Origin: an uncultured archaeon
GTDB taxonomy: Archaea; Aenigmatarchaeota; Aenigmatarchaeia; QMZP01
DNA length: 39,645 nucleotides
Reading direction: 5' to 3'
Assembly (NCBI GenBank): GCA_964475515.1
Contig: CAYYWW010000001.1
Span: 12,611 to 52,255 of the forward strand
Positions within the stretch are counted from its first letter, which is position 1; the number at the start of each line of letters is the position of its first letter. Positions 17,836-26,358 of this stretch are shown here, in pieces. The notes under the pieces were generated by a model that saw only the letters and a program-made list of their open reading frames with translations, was not told the origin of the DNA and searched no databases. Both the position numbers and the translations under genes were made by a program.

Positions 17836-18814
17836 ATCAACAAAAAACAGACATCTTCTTTTAAAGACACCCGAGATTCGCGCTGTTGCAAGGATAGAAG
17901 CTGCGCTCCTGAAGGGAGCTAGAAAATATTTCGAGTATAACAACTTCCACGAGGTTATTGTTCCATCAATAACGAAAGCTACTGGATCGTGTGAAAATAT
18001 TGATACTCTTTTCGAAACAAGCTTTTTCGGAAGAACAGGATATCTCAGGCAAACAGGACAACTCTATCTAGAATCATTGATACCAACGTTAGGAAATGTT
18101 TATTGTATAGGTCCCAGTTTTAGGGCAGAGCCAGATGTAGATAATAGGCATTTAACTGAATTTACACTAGTTGAGATGGAATTTCCTGGTGATTTTGATA
18201 TGTTACTTGGCCACATAGAAAACATCATACATTCCATGATAAGAAATGTGTTAAGTAAGTGCAAAAAGGATCTTGAATTTTTAGGTGTTGATTTAAAACG
18301 TCTTGAAGAAGTGAGACCTCCCTTCAAAAAAGTGACATATACAGAAGCAGTTGAAATGCTTTCTGAAGACGGTGTTGCGTGGGGGGATGACCTAAAGAGT
18401 CACCATGAGAAGAAGCTAGTTGAACACTTTGGTGGGAAACCGTTGTTCTTAACACATTTTCCCATAGAAATAAAGTTTTTCAACATGAAGAGAAATCCAG
18501 AAAATCCGAAAATAGTCAATAGTGCGGATCTTCTTCTTCCGTTTTCCGGTGAAGCGGTAGGGGCTGCAGAAAGAGAATATGAATATGAGGAAGTTCTGGA
18601 AAGACTTAAGAATTCGTACATGCTGAAACAACTTGAAAACAGAGGGGGGTCAATTGAAGATTTTAAGTGGTATCTTGATTTCTTGAAAGAACATGGTAAC
18701 GTACCACACTCCGGATGCGGTATTGGACTGAATAGAGTTACCCAGTTTGTACTTGGAATAGATGACATAAGAGCCTCAACGGTTTTCCCTCAAAACAGGG
18801 AAAGTCTGTTATGA
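17822..18814 (+). CDS. AsnRS-type class II aaRS catalytic core without anticodon-binding domain (archaeal asparagine synthetase A-like paralogue)
   Basis: Motif 1 region HEVIVPSITKATG; FFGRTGYLRQTGQLYLE; motif 2 GPSFRAEPDVDNRHLTEFTLVEMEF; motif 3 PHSGCGIGLNRVTQFVLG. Only 330 aa and starts at the core, with no OB fold. Confidence 0.8.
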   Translation: MISLKSTKNRHLLLKTPEIRAVARIEAALLKGARKYFEYNNFHEVIVPSITKATGSCENIDTLFETSFFGRTGYLRQTGQLYLESLIPTLGNVYCIGPSFRAEPDVDNRHLTEFTLVEMEFPGDFDMLLGHIENIIHSMIRNVLSKCKKDLEFLGVDLKRLEEVRPPFKKVTYTEAVEMLSEDGVAWGDDLKSHHEKKLVEHFGGKPLFLTHFPIEIKFFNMKRNPENPKIVNSADLLLPFSGEAVGAAEREYEYEEVLERLKNSYMLKQLENRGGSIEDFKWYLDFLKEHGNVPHSGCGIGLNRVTQFVLGIDDIRASTVFPQNRESLL

Positions 18815-19791
18815 TTACAGAAGCTCAGATATTCATAACCAGAAAGTGTAACAATAGGTGTAAATATTGTGCTCTCACACAAAAAAATTTACCGGAAAGG
18901 GAGTTAACAACAGAGGAGTGGAAAAGGACTTTTACTATCATGGATAATATTGGAATTAAAACGCTCAAAATTTTGGGCGGTGAACCCACTGTTCTTGAGG
19001 ATCTTCCAGAAATTCTGAGATTTTTAAATGAGGAAACAGACATAGATTACGCTATTCTTTCTAATTCAATTATCCCACGTGAAAAATTGGAAAGATTGGT
19101 AGAAGTTGGCCTCAAAGGTTATTTCGCTAGTGTGGATAACATTGATGGTCTTAAGAGTGTGGACAGTTATTCAACAAGAAAATCACATCTGGCAATTGAT
19201 GTTTTAGATTTTCTGAAACGAAGAGGTGTTAAGCTGCTGGGTGCTAATACTGTTATTCATAGAGGAAATTTAAGAAATCTTCCTATAATATTGGAATTTC
19301 TAACAGGGATGGGGATATGGATGAATATATGTGCTATGCATTATGGAAATGAAGATATAAATTGGATATTTAGATCTGAGTATTCTGAATTGGCGTTGAG
19401 ACCAAAAGATACTCAATTAGTGAAAGAAATTATGGAAAAACTAAAGGAAATGAAACATGCAGGTTACATGCTCGCTTGTCCAGATTCTTATTTGGATGGT
19501 TTTCCTGAGTATGGTATTGGTTTAAATTGGAAATGTGGAGAGTTTAGTCAATTAAGAGTAGATGCAGATGGTTCTCTTTTATTATGTCCCGACCTGAGAG
19601 GTGAGATGGGTAGGTTTAATATTCTTGAAATTGGTGAGAATGATCAATACTTAAGTGAAATTGAGGAGGCATGGTACAAAGACCCTGAAAGGGCAAGGTG
19701 TCCTGGATGTTATTGGAGTTCTATGTACAGGGCAGAAGTTAATAAAAAAATAGGCGGAGAATTCCAATTCTCAAAAGAAATTAAAACATAA
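18811..19791 (+). CDS. radical SAM enzyme with C-terminal auxiliary-cysteine (twitch/SPASM-like) region
   Basis: CNNRCKYC (CxxxCxxC), ILGGEPTV, then WKCGEF..VDADGSLLLCPD and RCPGCYW. ATGA overlap with the upstream gene. Confidence 0.85.
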   Translation: MITEAQIFITRKCNNRCKYCALTQKNLPERELTTEEWKRTFTIMDNIGIKTLKILGGEPTVLEDLPEILRFLNEETDIDYAILSNSIIPREKLERLVEVGLKGYFASVDNIDGLKSVDSYSTRKSHLAIDVLDFLKRRGVKLLGANTVIHRGNLRNLPIILEFLTGMGIWMNICAMHYGNEDINWIFRSEYSELALRPKDTQLVKEIMEKLKEMKHAGYMLACPDSYLDGFPEYGIGLNWKCGEFSQLRVDADGSLLLCPDLRGEMGRFNILEIGENDQYLSEIEEAWYKDPERARCPGCYWSSMYRAEVNKKIGGEFQFSKEIKT

Positions 19792-20110
19792 TGCCCCAGG
19801 AGGGATTTCCGTACGGCTTTTTATGGTAGCTTCCGCTTGCACAAAAAGCCGTAGAGCAAAAATACGCATTGAAGCGTATTTTTACATTTCTGCTCCACAG
19901 CTCTTTGTGGAAGTTGTTAACTCCTGTAAAGAGCTGTGCTTCGAACCCTCGACTTCCAGCTTTCTGCTCTTTCATAACCGTTTGTGACGGTTCAAATCTT
20001 CTAGTTGATTAGAAGGTTCACCGCAAGTGCTCTGGCACTTTAAACTTGGCTACTAAGTGATTTAACAATTCTAGTGTAGTAGCCAACCTATCCAACTGAG
20101 TTACTGGGGC
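19792..20110 (-). tRNA. tRNA, four-intron model; best fit tRNA-Arg(UCU)
   Basis: Minus strand has GCCCCAG...CTGGGGC-A acceptor, D arm ACTC-AGTTGGATA-G[48]AGT, anticodon arm CCAG[15]C-CTTCTA[48]A-GCTGG, variable AAGTC, T arm GAGGG-TTCGAA[134]T-CCCTC. Removing + coords 20040-20087, 20017-20031, 19962-20009 and 19806-19939 gives exactly 74 nt with all four stems Watson-Crick. TTTAAATA lies about 30 nt upstream. The acceptor, D and T arms are secure; the anticodon assignment depends on the 15-nt stem intron. Confidence 0.65.
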
Positions 20111-20181
20111 ATTATATTCTTCTATTTTTATTATCTATTTAAATATAATTCTGTTTGAAATGCTCAAATTTTACAATAGAA

Positions 20182-20952
20182 TCAGCGATTAATTTTTTCC
20201 CGCCCAACCTTTTTTGTGAAACTTATTAGTTTCTTTGCTTCCTTAAATGGATCTTCTGCTTTCTGGACAAGAGATGCTATATGAATTCCATCTGCACCTG
20301 CTTTTATTGTTCTTTCTATATCATTCAAATTTTTAGAAGAACCTGCACAAATGACAGGATGTTCAACAGTTTTTTTAACCAATTTAAACATTTCCGGTGG
20401 TGCTGGTCCCGGTGCACCAGAACCCCTTTCCAATATCGTTATTCTATGTCCCATCATTTTACCTGCAAGTGCGTAAGCAGCTGCTATTTCTGGTTTGTGA
20501 AGGAGTACAGGCTTCGCATCTCCTACCCAACCTACAGTTTCTCCAGGCTCTACAATAATAAGTGAAGTTGGCATTGCCTCTATTCCCATTCTTTTTATAG
20601 CAAAGGCTGACAAAGCGTGAGCACCTGTTATCCAATAGGGGTTTCGTGAGTTCATCAAACACATGAAATAAAGCGCATCTGCATATTTTGTCAAACCATC
20701 AACATTTCCAGGAAAAAGCACTATGGGTATTGAAACTTCTTCTTTTATCCTTTTTGCTGTTTCATTAAGCAAGTCTTGATCTATACCCAATGAACCACCT
20801 ATTAAAATAAAGTCGGCCCCGCCTTCATAAAACGCCTTTGCAAACTTTAATGAGTTTTCTATTTTATCAGCAGGGTCTATCAACCCAAAAAATGCGACTC
20901 CGTCCTTTTCTATTATTTCATACAGTCTTTTTTCCACAGCACCTATTTTCAT
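20182..20952 (-). CDS. geranylgeranylglyceryl phosphate synthase (PcrB/GGGPS family)
   Basis: FGLIDP, GGADFILIGGS, IVLFPGN, YFMCLMNSRNPYWI, ILERGSGAPGP. ATG at 20952 is preferred over the ORF-track TTG at 20964. Confidence 0.85.
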   Translation of the reverse strand: MKIGAVEKRLYEIIEKDGVAFFGLIDPADKIENSLKFAKAFYEGGADFILIGGSLGIDQDLLNETAKRIKEEVSIPIVLFPGNVDGLTKYADALYFMCLMNSRNPYWITGAHALSAFAIKRMGIEAMPTSLIIVEPGETVGWVGDAKPVLLHKPEIAAAYALAGKMMGHRITILERGSGAPGPAPPEMFKLVKKTVEHPVICAGSSKNLNDIERTIKAGADGIHIASLVQKAEDPFKEAKKLISFTKKVGREKINR

Positions 20953-21000
20953 AGCACACCTCAAAACATAGTTTTTAATTTATAATAAGTATTTATATAT

Positions 21001-21903
21001 ATGATTCTTGTTACGGGAGGTAGTGGTTTTATAGGTTCAAAGCTTGTTCACTCTCTTATCAAAAGAGGTTATGATGTAAAGATTCTTACACGTGATCCTC
21101 GGAAAATAAAAATTAAAGATGTGGAATCTGTAAAGGGTGATATAACCAGGAAAGAAACTTTAAAAAATGCCGTAAAAGATGTAGATGTTGTAGTACATCT
21201 TGCAGGTCTTGTTTCGTATACAAAACCAGAAGAGGTGCTATACAGGATTAACGTAGATGGCACAAAAAATTTGCTTGATGTGTCTAAAAACGTCGATAAA
21301 TTTATTTTTTCATCGAGTGTTTCTGTTTTTGGTCCCATAAAAGGCGTTGCAGATGAAAATTATCCCTGTAAACCAATGAGCTACTATGGAAAGTCCAAAC
21401 TTGAAGCTGAAAAGTTAATTCATGACTCTGGGATTAAGCATGTGATTTTGAGAATAGCACCAGTATATGGAGCAGGAAGTCCTTATTGGCTGAAAAATTT
21501 GAAAATGCTTGATAGTGGATTTCCTATACCAAACACAAAGAGCTTAACACATATCGTGCACATATCAGATGTTGTGAATGCGTTTATTTTGAGTATAAAA
21601 AGGGGTGAAGGCATTTATAACATAGCTGATAAAAAACCCATACCATTCGTTAGATTAGCTGAAAAAATAGTAAAACTTTTAGGTAAAAAACCAAAGAAGC
21701 TCCCGCTTTGGCTCGTTTATCTGATATCCGTATTTATGGGGAAGAAAAAATATATAGATGTCTTGACTATGAATAGAAATTACAGTATAAAAAAAGCTCA
21801 AAAAGAATTAGGATATAAACCAAAAGCTGATATGGACAAAGAACTTAAAAAAATGATAGATTGGTATAAATCTTTGAGGGATAAGCATGTTCAATATTCT
21901 TAA
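21001..21903 (+). CDS. NAD-dependent epimerase/dehydratase (extended SDR)
   Basis: ILVTGGSGFIGS Rossmann motif and YGKSK (YxxxK) catalytic motif. Confidence 0.8.
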   Translation: MILVTGGSGFIGSKLVHSLIKRGYDVKILTRDPRKIKIKDVESVKGDITRKETLKNAVKDVDVVVHLAGLVSYTKPEEVLYRINVDGTKNLLDVSKNVDKFIFSSSVSVFGPIKGVADENYPCKPMSYYGKSKLEAEKLIHDSGIKHVILRIAPVYGAGSPYWLKNLKMLDSGFPIPNTKSLTHIVHISDVVNAFILSIKRGEGIYNIADKKPIPFVRLAEKIVKLLGKKPKKLPLWLVYLISVFMGKKKYIDVLTMNRNYSIKKAQKELGYKPKADMDKELKKMIDWYKSLRDKHVQYS

Positions 21904-22804
21904 AAAACATTTTTCGAAATCTGTGGATGCTTTGGCAAAGAAGGTTATCGAAAAGAAGATATCTGAAGGTGATATAGAAAATTTTTTCAATGAATACGAA
22001 CTATATCTTTTACAGGCAAACGTTGCATTCAAAACAGTAGAGGCTATTAAAGAAAACTTAAAGAAAAAGCTTCTTGGCCAAGAAATAAAGAGAACGAAGG
22101 CCAAAGAAATGATTTTGGATGCATTTAAGAAAACACTATTAGACATAGTTGATTTGGGTAAAATCGATATAGAAAAAATTATAAAGGACGCTAAACATGA
22201 AAAAACACCATGCATTGTATTTTTAGGGTTTAACGGGAGTGGAAAGACAACCTCAATGGCAAAGCTCGCTAAATATTTACTTAATAAAAAATTCACTGTT
22301 GTTTTTGCTGCAGCGGACTCATTCCGCGCAGCGTCCATAGAACAATTAACTCATCACGGAGATAAGCTTGGTATAAAAACAATAAAACACGATTATGGAG
22401 CAGATCCTGCTGCGGTTGTTTTCGATGCCATAAAATACGCCGATGCCCATAATATAGATGTTGTTCTTGCTGATACAGCCGGAAGGGTTCACTCGGATAA
22501 AAACCTGATGGACGAGCTTTCAAAAATCATTAGAGTTAACAAACCTGTCTTGAAGGTTTTGGTTATAGATTCATTAACAGGGAATGATGCTGTGGAGCAG
22601 GCAGTTAAGTTTAATGAGGGTGTTGGGATAGATTGTGTTGTGTTCACCAAAGTGGATGTAAATGAAAAGGGTGGCTCTATACTTTCTGTGTGCAATGCTG
22701 TGAAAAAACCTGTTCTTTTCTTAGGCACAGGCCAAAATTATGATGATATTGAATTTTTCGATCCCAAAAAATTTGTAAATGAATTGTTGGGCGAAGAACC
22801 GTAA
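21887..22804 (+). CDS. ftsY: signal recognition particle receptor FtsY
   Basis: GFNGSGKTTS, DSFRAASIEQL, LADTAGR, TKVD, GTGQ (SRP-GTPase G1-G5). Overlaps the epimerase gene by 17 nt. Confidence 0.9.
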   Translation: MFNILKKHFSKSVDALAKKVIEKKISEGDIENFFNEYELYLLQANVAFKTVEAIKENLKKKLLGQEIKRTKAKEMILDAFKKTLLDIVDLGKIDIEKIIKDAKHEKTPCIVFLGFNGSGKTTSMAKLAKYLLNKKFTVVFAAADSFRAASIEQLTHHGDKLGIKTIKHDYGADPAAVVFDAIKYADAHNIDVVLADTAGRVHSDKNLMDELSKIIRVNKPVLKVLVIDSLTGNDAVEQAVKFNEGVGIDCVVFTKVDVNEKGGSILSVCNAVKKPVLFLGTGQNYDDIEFFDPKKFVNELLGEEP

Positions 22805-22813
22805 GTCTATATG

Positions 22814-23404
22814 TTAATTTTTGCGGCTTTGTAGTAATTTTCTGATTTTAACCAATTCATTAAGGATCTTCAGGTTAACATCATCTTCTTCGTAAGACTC
22901 TACTGCTACCGGTCTTTTACCTCTAACAAATTTCATTATTAATTCTCTTAATTCTTCGAATTGTTCTACTCCTTCTATTTTTATTTCACTTCTGGCTTGT
23001 TGTCCAGAATAACCAGCAGTTTGAATTTTGAGAGCAGCAATTCCAAGCATTCTTGAAATAGGACCCTGACCAATGTCAATGTTAGTTATTCTGTTATAAG
23101 GCACGACTCCTGTGTTTTTGAACCACACTCCTCTCCTCCACACTATTTCGTTATCAGTGAGTTTGTATGATATTGTGTCATAGTATTTTGGAATCCAATA
23201 TATTATGAAAATCAATGAAACTAAAATTGGTATTGAAATAATGAGAGTAACGATAGGTGGAGCAAAAAGTAGTACAGGAGTATACCATGTTAAAACACAG
23301 AAGATTACTCCTAACACCAAATATACGTAATAAAGTCTTTTAAATTGTGGTGCAGGCTTGAACTCCTTGCCAATTTTTATTTTGAGATTTTTTGCGATAT
23401 TCAT
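22814..23404 (-). CDS. membrane protein with bacterial-type PH domain (YdbS/YdbT-like, bPH_2)
   Basis: Two N-terminal TM helices followed by YKLTDNEIVWRRGVWFKNTGVVPYNRITNIDIGQGPISRMLGIAALKIQTAG, the bPH_2 pattern. Confidence 0.6.
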   Translation of the reverse strand: MNIAKNLKIKIGKEFKPAPQFKRLYYVYLVLGVIFCVLTWYTPVLLFAPPIVTLIISIPILVSLIFIIYWIPKYYDTISYKLTDNEIVWRRGVWFKNTGVVPYNRITNIDIGQGPISRMLGIAALKIQTAGYSGQQARSEIKIEGVEQFEELRELIMKFVRGKRPVAVESYEEDDVNLKILNELVKIRKLLQSRKN

Positions 23405-23480
23405 TATGTGAATTATATTTCTATTTTTTTAAATATTTCTTTATTGGACATGACGTGCATAAGCAATAGGGATTCGTAAG

Positions 23481-23975
23481 CTACAATTTTGGTATTATTA
23501 TCTTTTCAGGACCAACCGCTTCGTATTTACCTTCTAAATAATACTTTCCAGTCAGAGCGCAGAGCATCGCATCAAATTTATCTTTGCTAACACCTCTTTC
23601 CTTTTCTATACCTAATATCTTCTTTGTGGCCTGTGGAAAAACTTCAATTATTATATACCCTTCAAGGGATTTTATCAGATTTCTAGCTCTGTTGACAAGT
23701 ATACCCATGTTTGGGAATTTGGGTGAAAGTGGTTTAAATCCCATTTCCATCAAAAGCTTGTCGCTTTCTCTGAAATATCCTTCTTTTGGAAAACCAAAAG
23801 GTGCATCTATAGCTATAAGGTCTGGATCTTCTTTTTTCACTTCCTCTATTATATCCTTGTCGTAATAGAAAACTTTTACATCTGTTTTTATGCCTGATGC
23901 ATCCTCTGTTAAAACACAAAAGCCTGTTGGATTTGTTTCCTTTCCAGCTAAATCTATGCCAATTATTTTTGGCAT
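23481..23975 (-). CDS. predicted RNase H-fold nuclease (DUF429/COG2410-like)
   Basis: IIGIDLAGKETNPTGFCVL ... DLIAIDAPFGFP ... IIEVFPQAT pattern. Confidence 0.5.
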   Translation of the reverse strand: MPKIIGIDLAGKETNPTGFCVLTEDASGIKTDVKVFYYDKDIIEEVKKEDPDLIAIDAPFGFPKEGYFRESDKLLMEMGFKPLSPKFPNMGILVNRARNLIKSLEGYIIIEVFPQATKKILGIEKERGVSKDKFDAMLCALTGKYYLEGKYEAVGPEKIIIPKL

Positions 23976-24031
23976 GTTTAAGAATGAGAAAAATGAAATT
24001 AATACTTATTTCACAGCTTCAAATAATAAAA

Positions 24032-24595
24032 ATGAACAATATTTTCATTATTCACGGAGCCTATGGCCACCCGCAAGAAAATTGGTTTCCATGGCTGAAG
24101 TCAAAACTTGAAAAATTAGGTTGTAGGGTTTTTGTTCCGAAATTTCCTACTCCGAAAAACCAAACTCTTGAGAAATGGCTTAAAATTTTTGAAAAATACA
24201 AGCAATACCTGAATGAAAATTCTATTCTTATTGGCCACAGCCTAGGTCCTGCGTTTTTATTGAATGTTCTCGAAAAATTAAATAAACCAGTTAAAGCAGC
24301 TTTTTTTGTTTCTGGGTTTGCTGGTTTATTAGGAAACCCTGGTTTTGACAAAATCAATAAAACCTTTGTTGACAAAAGCTTTAATTGGAAAAGAATCAAG
24401 CAGAACTGCAAGAAATTTTACGTTTTTCATTCTGACAATGACCCTTACGTTCCTTTAAAAAAAGCGCAAGAACTCGCAAAAAATCTTGATGTTAGTGTTA
24501 TCCTTGTTAAGAATGCAGGACATTTCAATGAAAAAGCTGGGTATACCAAGTTCGAACTGCTCCTTGAAAAAATAAAAAATGAACTTTCTAAGTAA
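24032..24595 (+). CDS. alpha/beta serine hydrolase (YdeN/RBBP9-like)
   Basis: IFIIHGAYGHP, nucleophile elbow GHSLG, HSDNDPYVP, NAGHF. ATG at 24032 was chosen because the ORF-track start at 23897 would overlap the divergent gene. Confidence 0.7.
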   Translation: MNNIFIIHGAYGHPQENWFPWLKSKLEKLGCRVFVPKFPTPKNQTLEKWLKIFEKYKQYLNENSILIGHSLGPAFLLNVLEKLNKPVKAAFFVSGFAGLLGNPGFDKINKTFVDKSFNWKRIKQNCKKFYVFHSDNDPYVPLKKAQELAKNLDVSVILVKNAGHFNEKAGYTKFELLLEKIKNELSK

Positions 24596-24604
24596 CAGAA
24601 GAAC

Positions 24605-25558
24605 TCAAATCCTCTCCAAAAGAGAAGCAAACATAAAAGGCAAAAGAATTGTTGCGTCTCCTTCTATTGTAACATATCTTGCATTTTCGTTAATTTTCCC
24701 CCAAGAAACAGCCTCTCTCAGCCTTGCTCCGCTTAGGGAACCATCCCATTCCACTGCTGTAGTTATGAAGACGGCATAATCCAATCCATCTTTAAACTGG
24801 TTCCACCATATTGTATGATGTTTGCTTATACCGCCGCCTATCATCAATGCACCTGTCTTCTTTTCTGTGAATGCAATGTCACTTAGTTTTGTTTCGTCTT
24901 TGAGTATGTCCACTATAAAATCCTTTTTATCGTTAGCAAACATCCATAATTGATAACCAAATGCGCCATCGGTTATTCCGGGAATAAAAACAGGTATTTT
25001 GTTTTTATAAACCCAATAAACCATGCTTTCCTCTTTGTTGGAAACATCTAAACGCTTTCCCACCTCCCAAACTAATTCGTACGTTGACAATCTTCTTTTA
25101 CCTTCGTTGTAGATACTTTCAAAAATTGGTTGGAGTTTTCTCTCAAGTATTATACCATAACTTTCATTAGGAACCAAGACATTCCCAAGCCTGTTTACTC
25201 CTTGTTTATGAAGTTTTTTATCATCCATTATAAATGAACCATGGTAATATGGTTTCCATAATCTTGCAAGATCATGATCCAGTGTTCCGCATGTTGTTAT
25301 TACAGCATCGAAGAGTTTTCTTTTAATCATTTCAACAATAACACCACGTGTTCCCGTGGCCATTATGCACGCAGGAAAACTTAAAAAATTGAAGCATTTC
25401 TTATCTTCAATCATTTTCTCCAAAATATTGACACCTAAAGCCAATTTTTTGGCCGAGAATCCACCACTTTCAAAAAGATTTCTCATCACTTTGTCTACAC
25501 TGCTGCCCTTTTCTATCTTTATATCCTTCACAATTCTCTGTTCTTTCATGTCTACCAT
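24605..25558 (-). CDS. dys: deoxyhypusine synthase
   Basis: ATGTRGVIVEMI, TTCGTLDHD, GNVLVPNE, PGITDGAFG, IGGGISKHH, ...DGSLSGA, EGDATILLP. Confidence 0.9.
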   Translation of the reverse strand: MVDMKEQRIVKDIKIEKGSSVDKVMRNLFESGGFSAKKLALGVNILEKMIEDKKCFNFLSFPACIMATGTRGVIVEMIKRKLFDAVITTCGTLDHDLARLWKPYYHGSFIMDDKKLHKQGVNRLGNVLVPNESYGIILERKLQPIFESIYNEGKRRLSTYELVWEVGKRLDVSNKEESMVYWVYKNKIPVFIPGITDGAFGYQLWMFANDKKDFIVDILKDETKLSDIAFTEKKTGALMIGGGISKHHTIWWNQFKDGLDYAVFITTAVEWDGSLSGARLREAVSWGKINENARYVTIEGDATILLPFMFASLLERI

Positions 25559-25590
25559 AACATCATCACTAAGTTAATTGGTAACATGGT

Positions 25591-26046
25591 TTAAATAATT
25601 CCTAATCCGTTTAAAAAACCTAACGTGAAAAGTGATACTATTGTTGTTGCCAAAACAACGCCAAGGGATATGGAAATGAAAGATTTTTTCCAGTCCAAAC
25701 CCAACATCCATGCTAAAACCGTTCCGGACCAAACCCCTGTGACAGGCAACGGTATTCCCACAAACACGGCGAGACCCAGAATTTCGTATTTTTCAATGTA
25801 TTTCGATCCTTTTCTACGAATTCGTCCGAAAATCCTGTGAGTAATCTCCCATTTTGAAAATATTTTCTCATAAAACAAATTCAACCCAAAATATATTGGA
25901 AAAAATATTAAGCAATTTATGATGAAAACAAGAGGTATGAGGACTGTTAAATCTATCCCAAGACTTGCACCAAGAGGTATGGCCCCTCTTAGCTCACTTA
26001 TAGGCATCATTGTGGCTAAAGCAACCAACAACAATTCATTTGACAT
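25591..26046 (-). CDS. small multidrug-export-like membrane protein (COG2426-like)
   Basis: MPISELRGAIPLG N-terminal motif and 4-5 TM helices. Confidence 0.5.
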   Translation of the reverse strand: MSNELLLVALATMMPISELRGAIPLGASLGIDLTVLIPLVFIINCLIFFPIYFGLNLFYEKIFSKWEITHRIFGRIRRKGSKYIEKYEILGLAVFVGIPLPVTGVWSGTVLAWMLGLDWKKSFISISLGVVLATTIVSLFTLGFLNGLGII

Positions 26047-26109
26047 AAATGTTATTGAGAAGGGTAAAATATATTAATTTATTTTTTCAACTGCAAAACA
26101 ACCACACAA

Positions 26110-26358
26110 TTATTTTTTGAATAGATGTTTTGTCATGTTTTTGATCCAGCCCCAATGAAGAATAAGATGCAAACCCACTAAAACAATTAGTATTAAACCT
26201 GCCCAACTGTGTATAAATACCAAATCTCCTCTTGGAATTCCTAGATAAAGGCTTCTACCACGAGGTGAAAGGAAGGATATAAGACCAGTCACGCTTGTTA
26301 CTATAAAAAATATAAACATCAACATGTCTACAAAATAATTGATTTTGATTTTGCTCAT
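26110..26358 (-). CDS. DUF4405-like small membrane protein
   Basis: MSKIKINYFVDMLMFIFFIVTSVTGLI...IHSWAGLILIVLVGLHLILHWGW. An internal ATG at 26358 is preferred over the longer ORF-track start. Confidence 0.5.
   Translation of the reverse strand: MSKIKINYFVDMLMFIFFIVTSVTGLISFLSPRGRSLYLGIPRGDLVFIHSWAGLILIVLVGLHLILHWGWIKNMTKHLFKK

Noticed and set aside
19781-19975. 64-aa minus ORF within the tRNA-Arg locus
   Set aside because: It lies inside the T-loop intron and 3' exon of the tRNA model, and its composition is not protein-like.
5281-20087. C/D-box or H/ACA guide RNAs hidden in the tRNA introns (as in some archaeal tRNA-Trp introns)
   Set aside because: No RUGAUGA/CUGA box pairs or ACA-terminated pockets were visible in any of the nine inserts.
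21808-22338. 176-aa minus ORF antisense to ftsY
   Set aside because: The FtsY G1-G5 motifs fix the + frame; the antisense ORF is a shadow of it.
23897-24031. N-terminal 45-codon extension of the hydrolase ORF
   Set aside because: It would overlap the start of the divergent DUF429-like gene. The conserved IFIIHG start of this hydrolase family follows the ATG at 24032.
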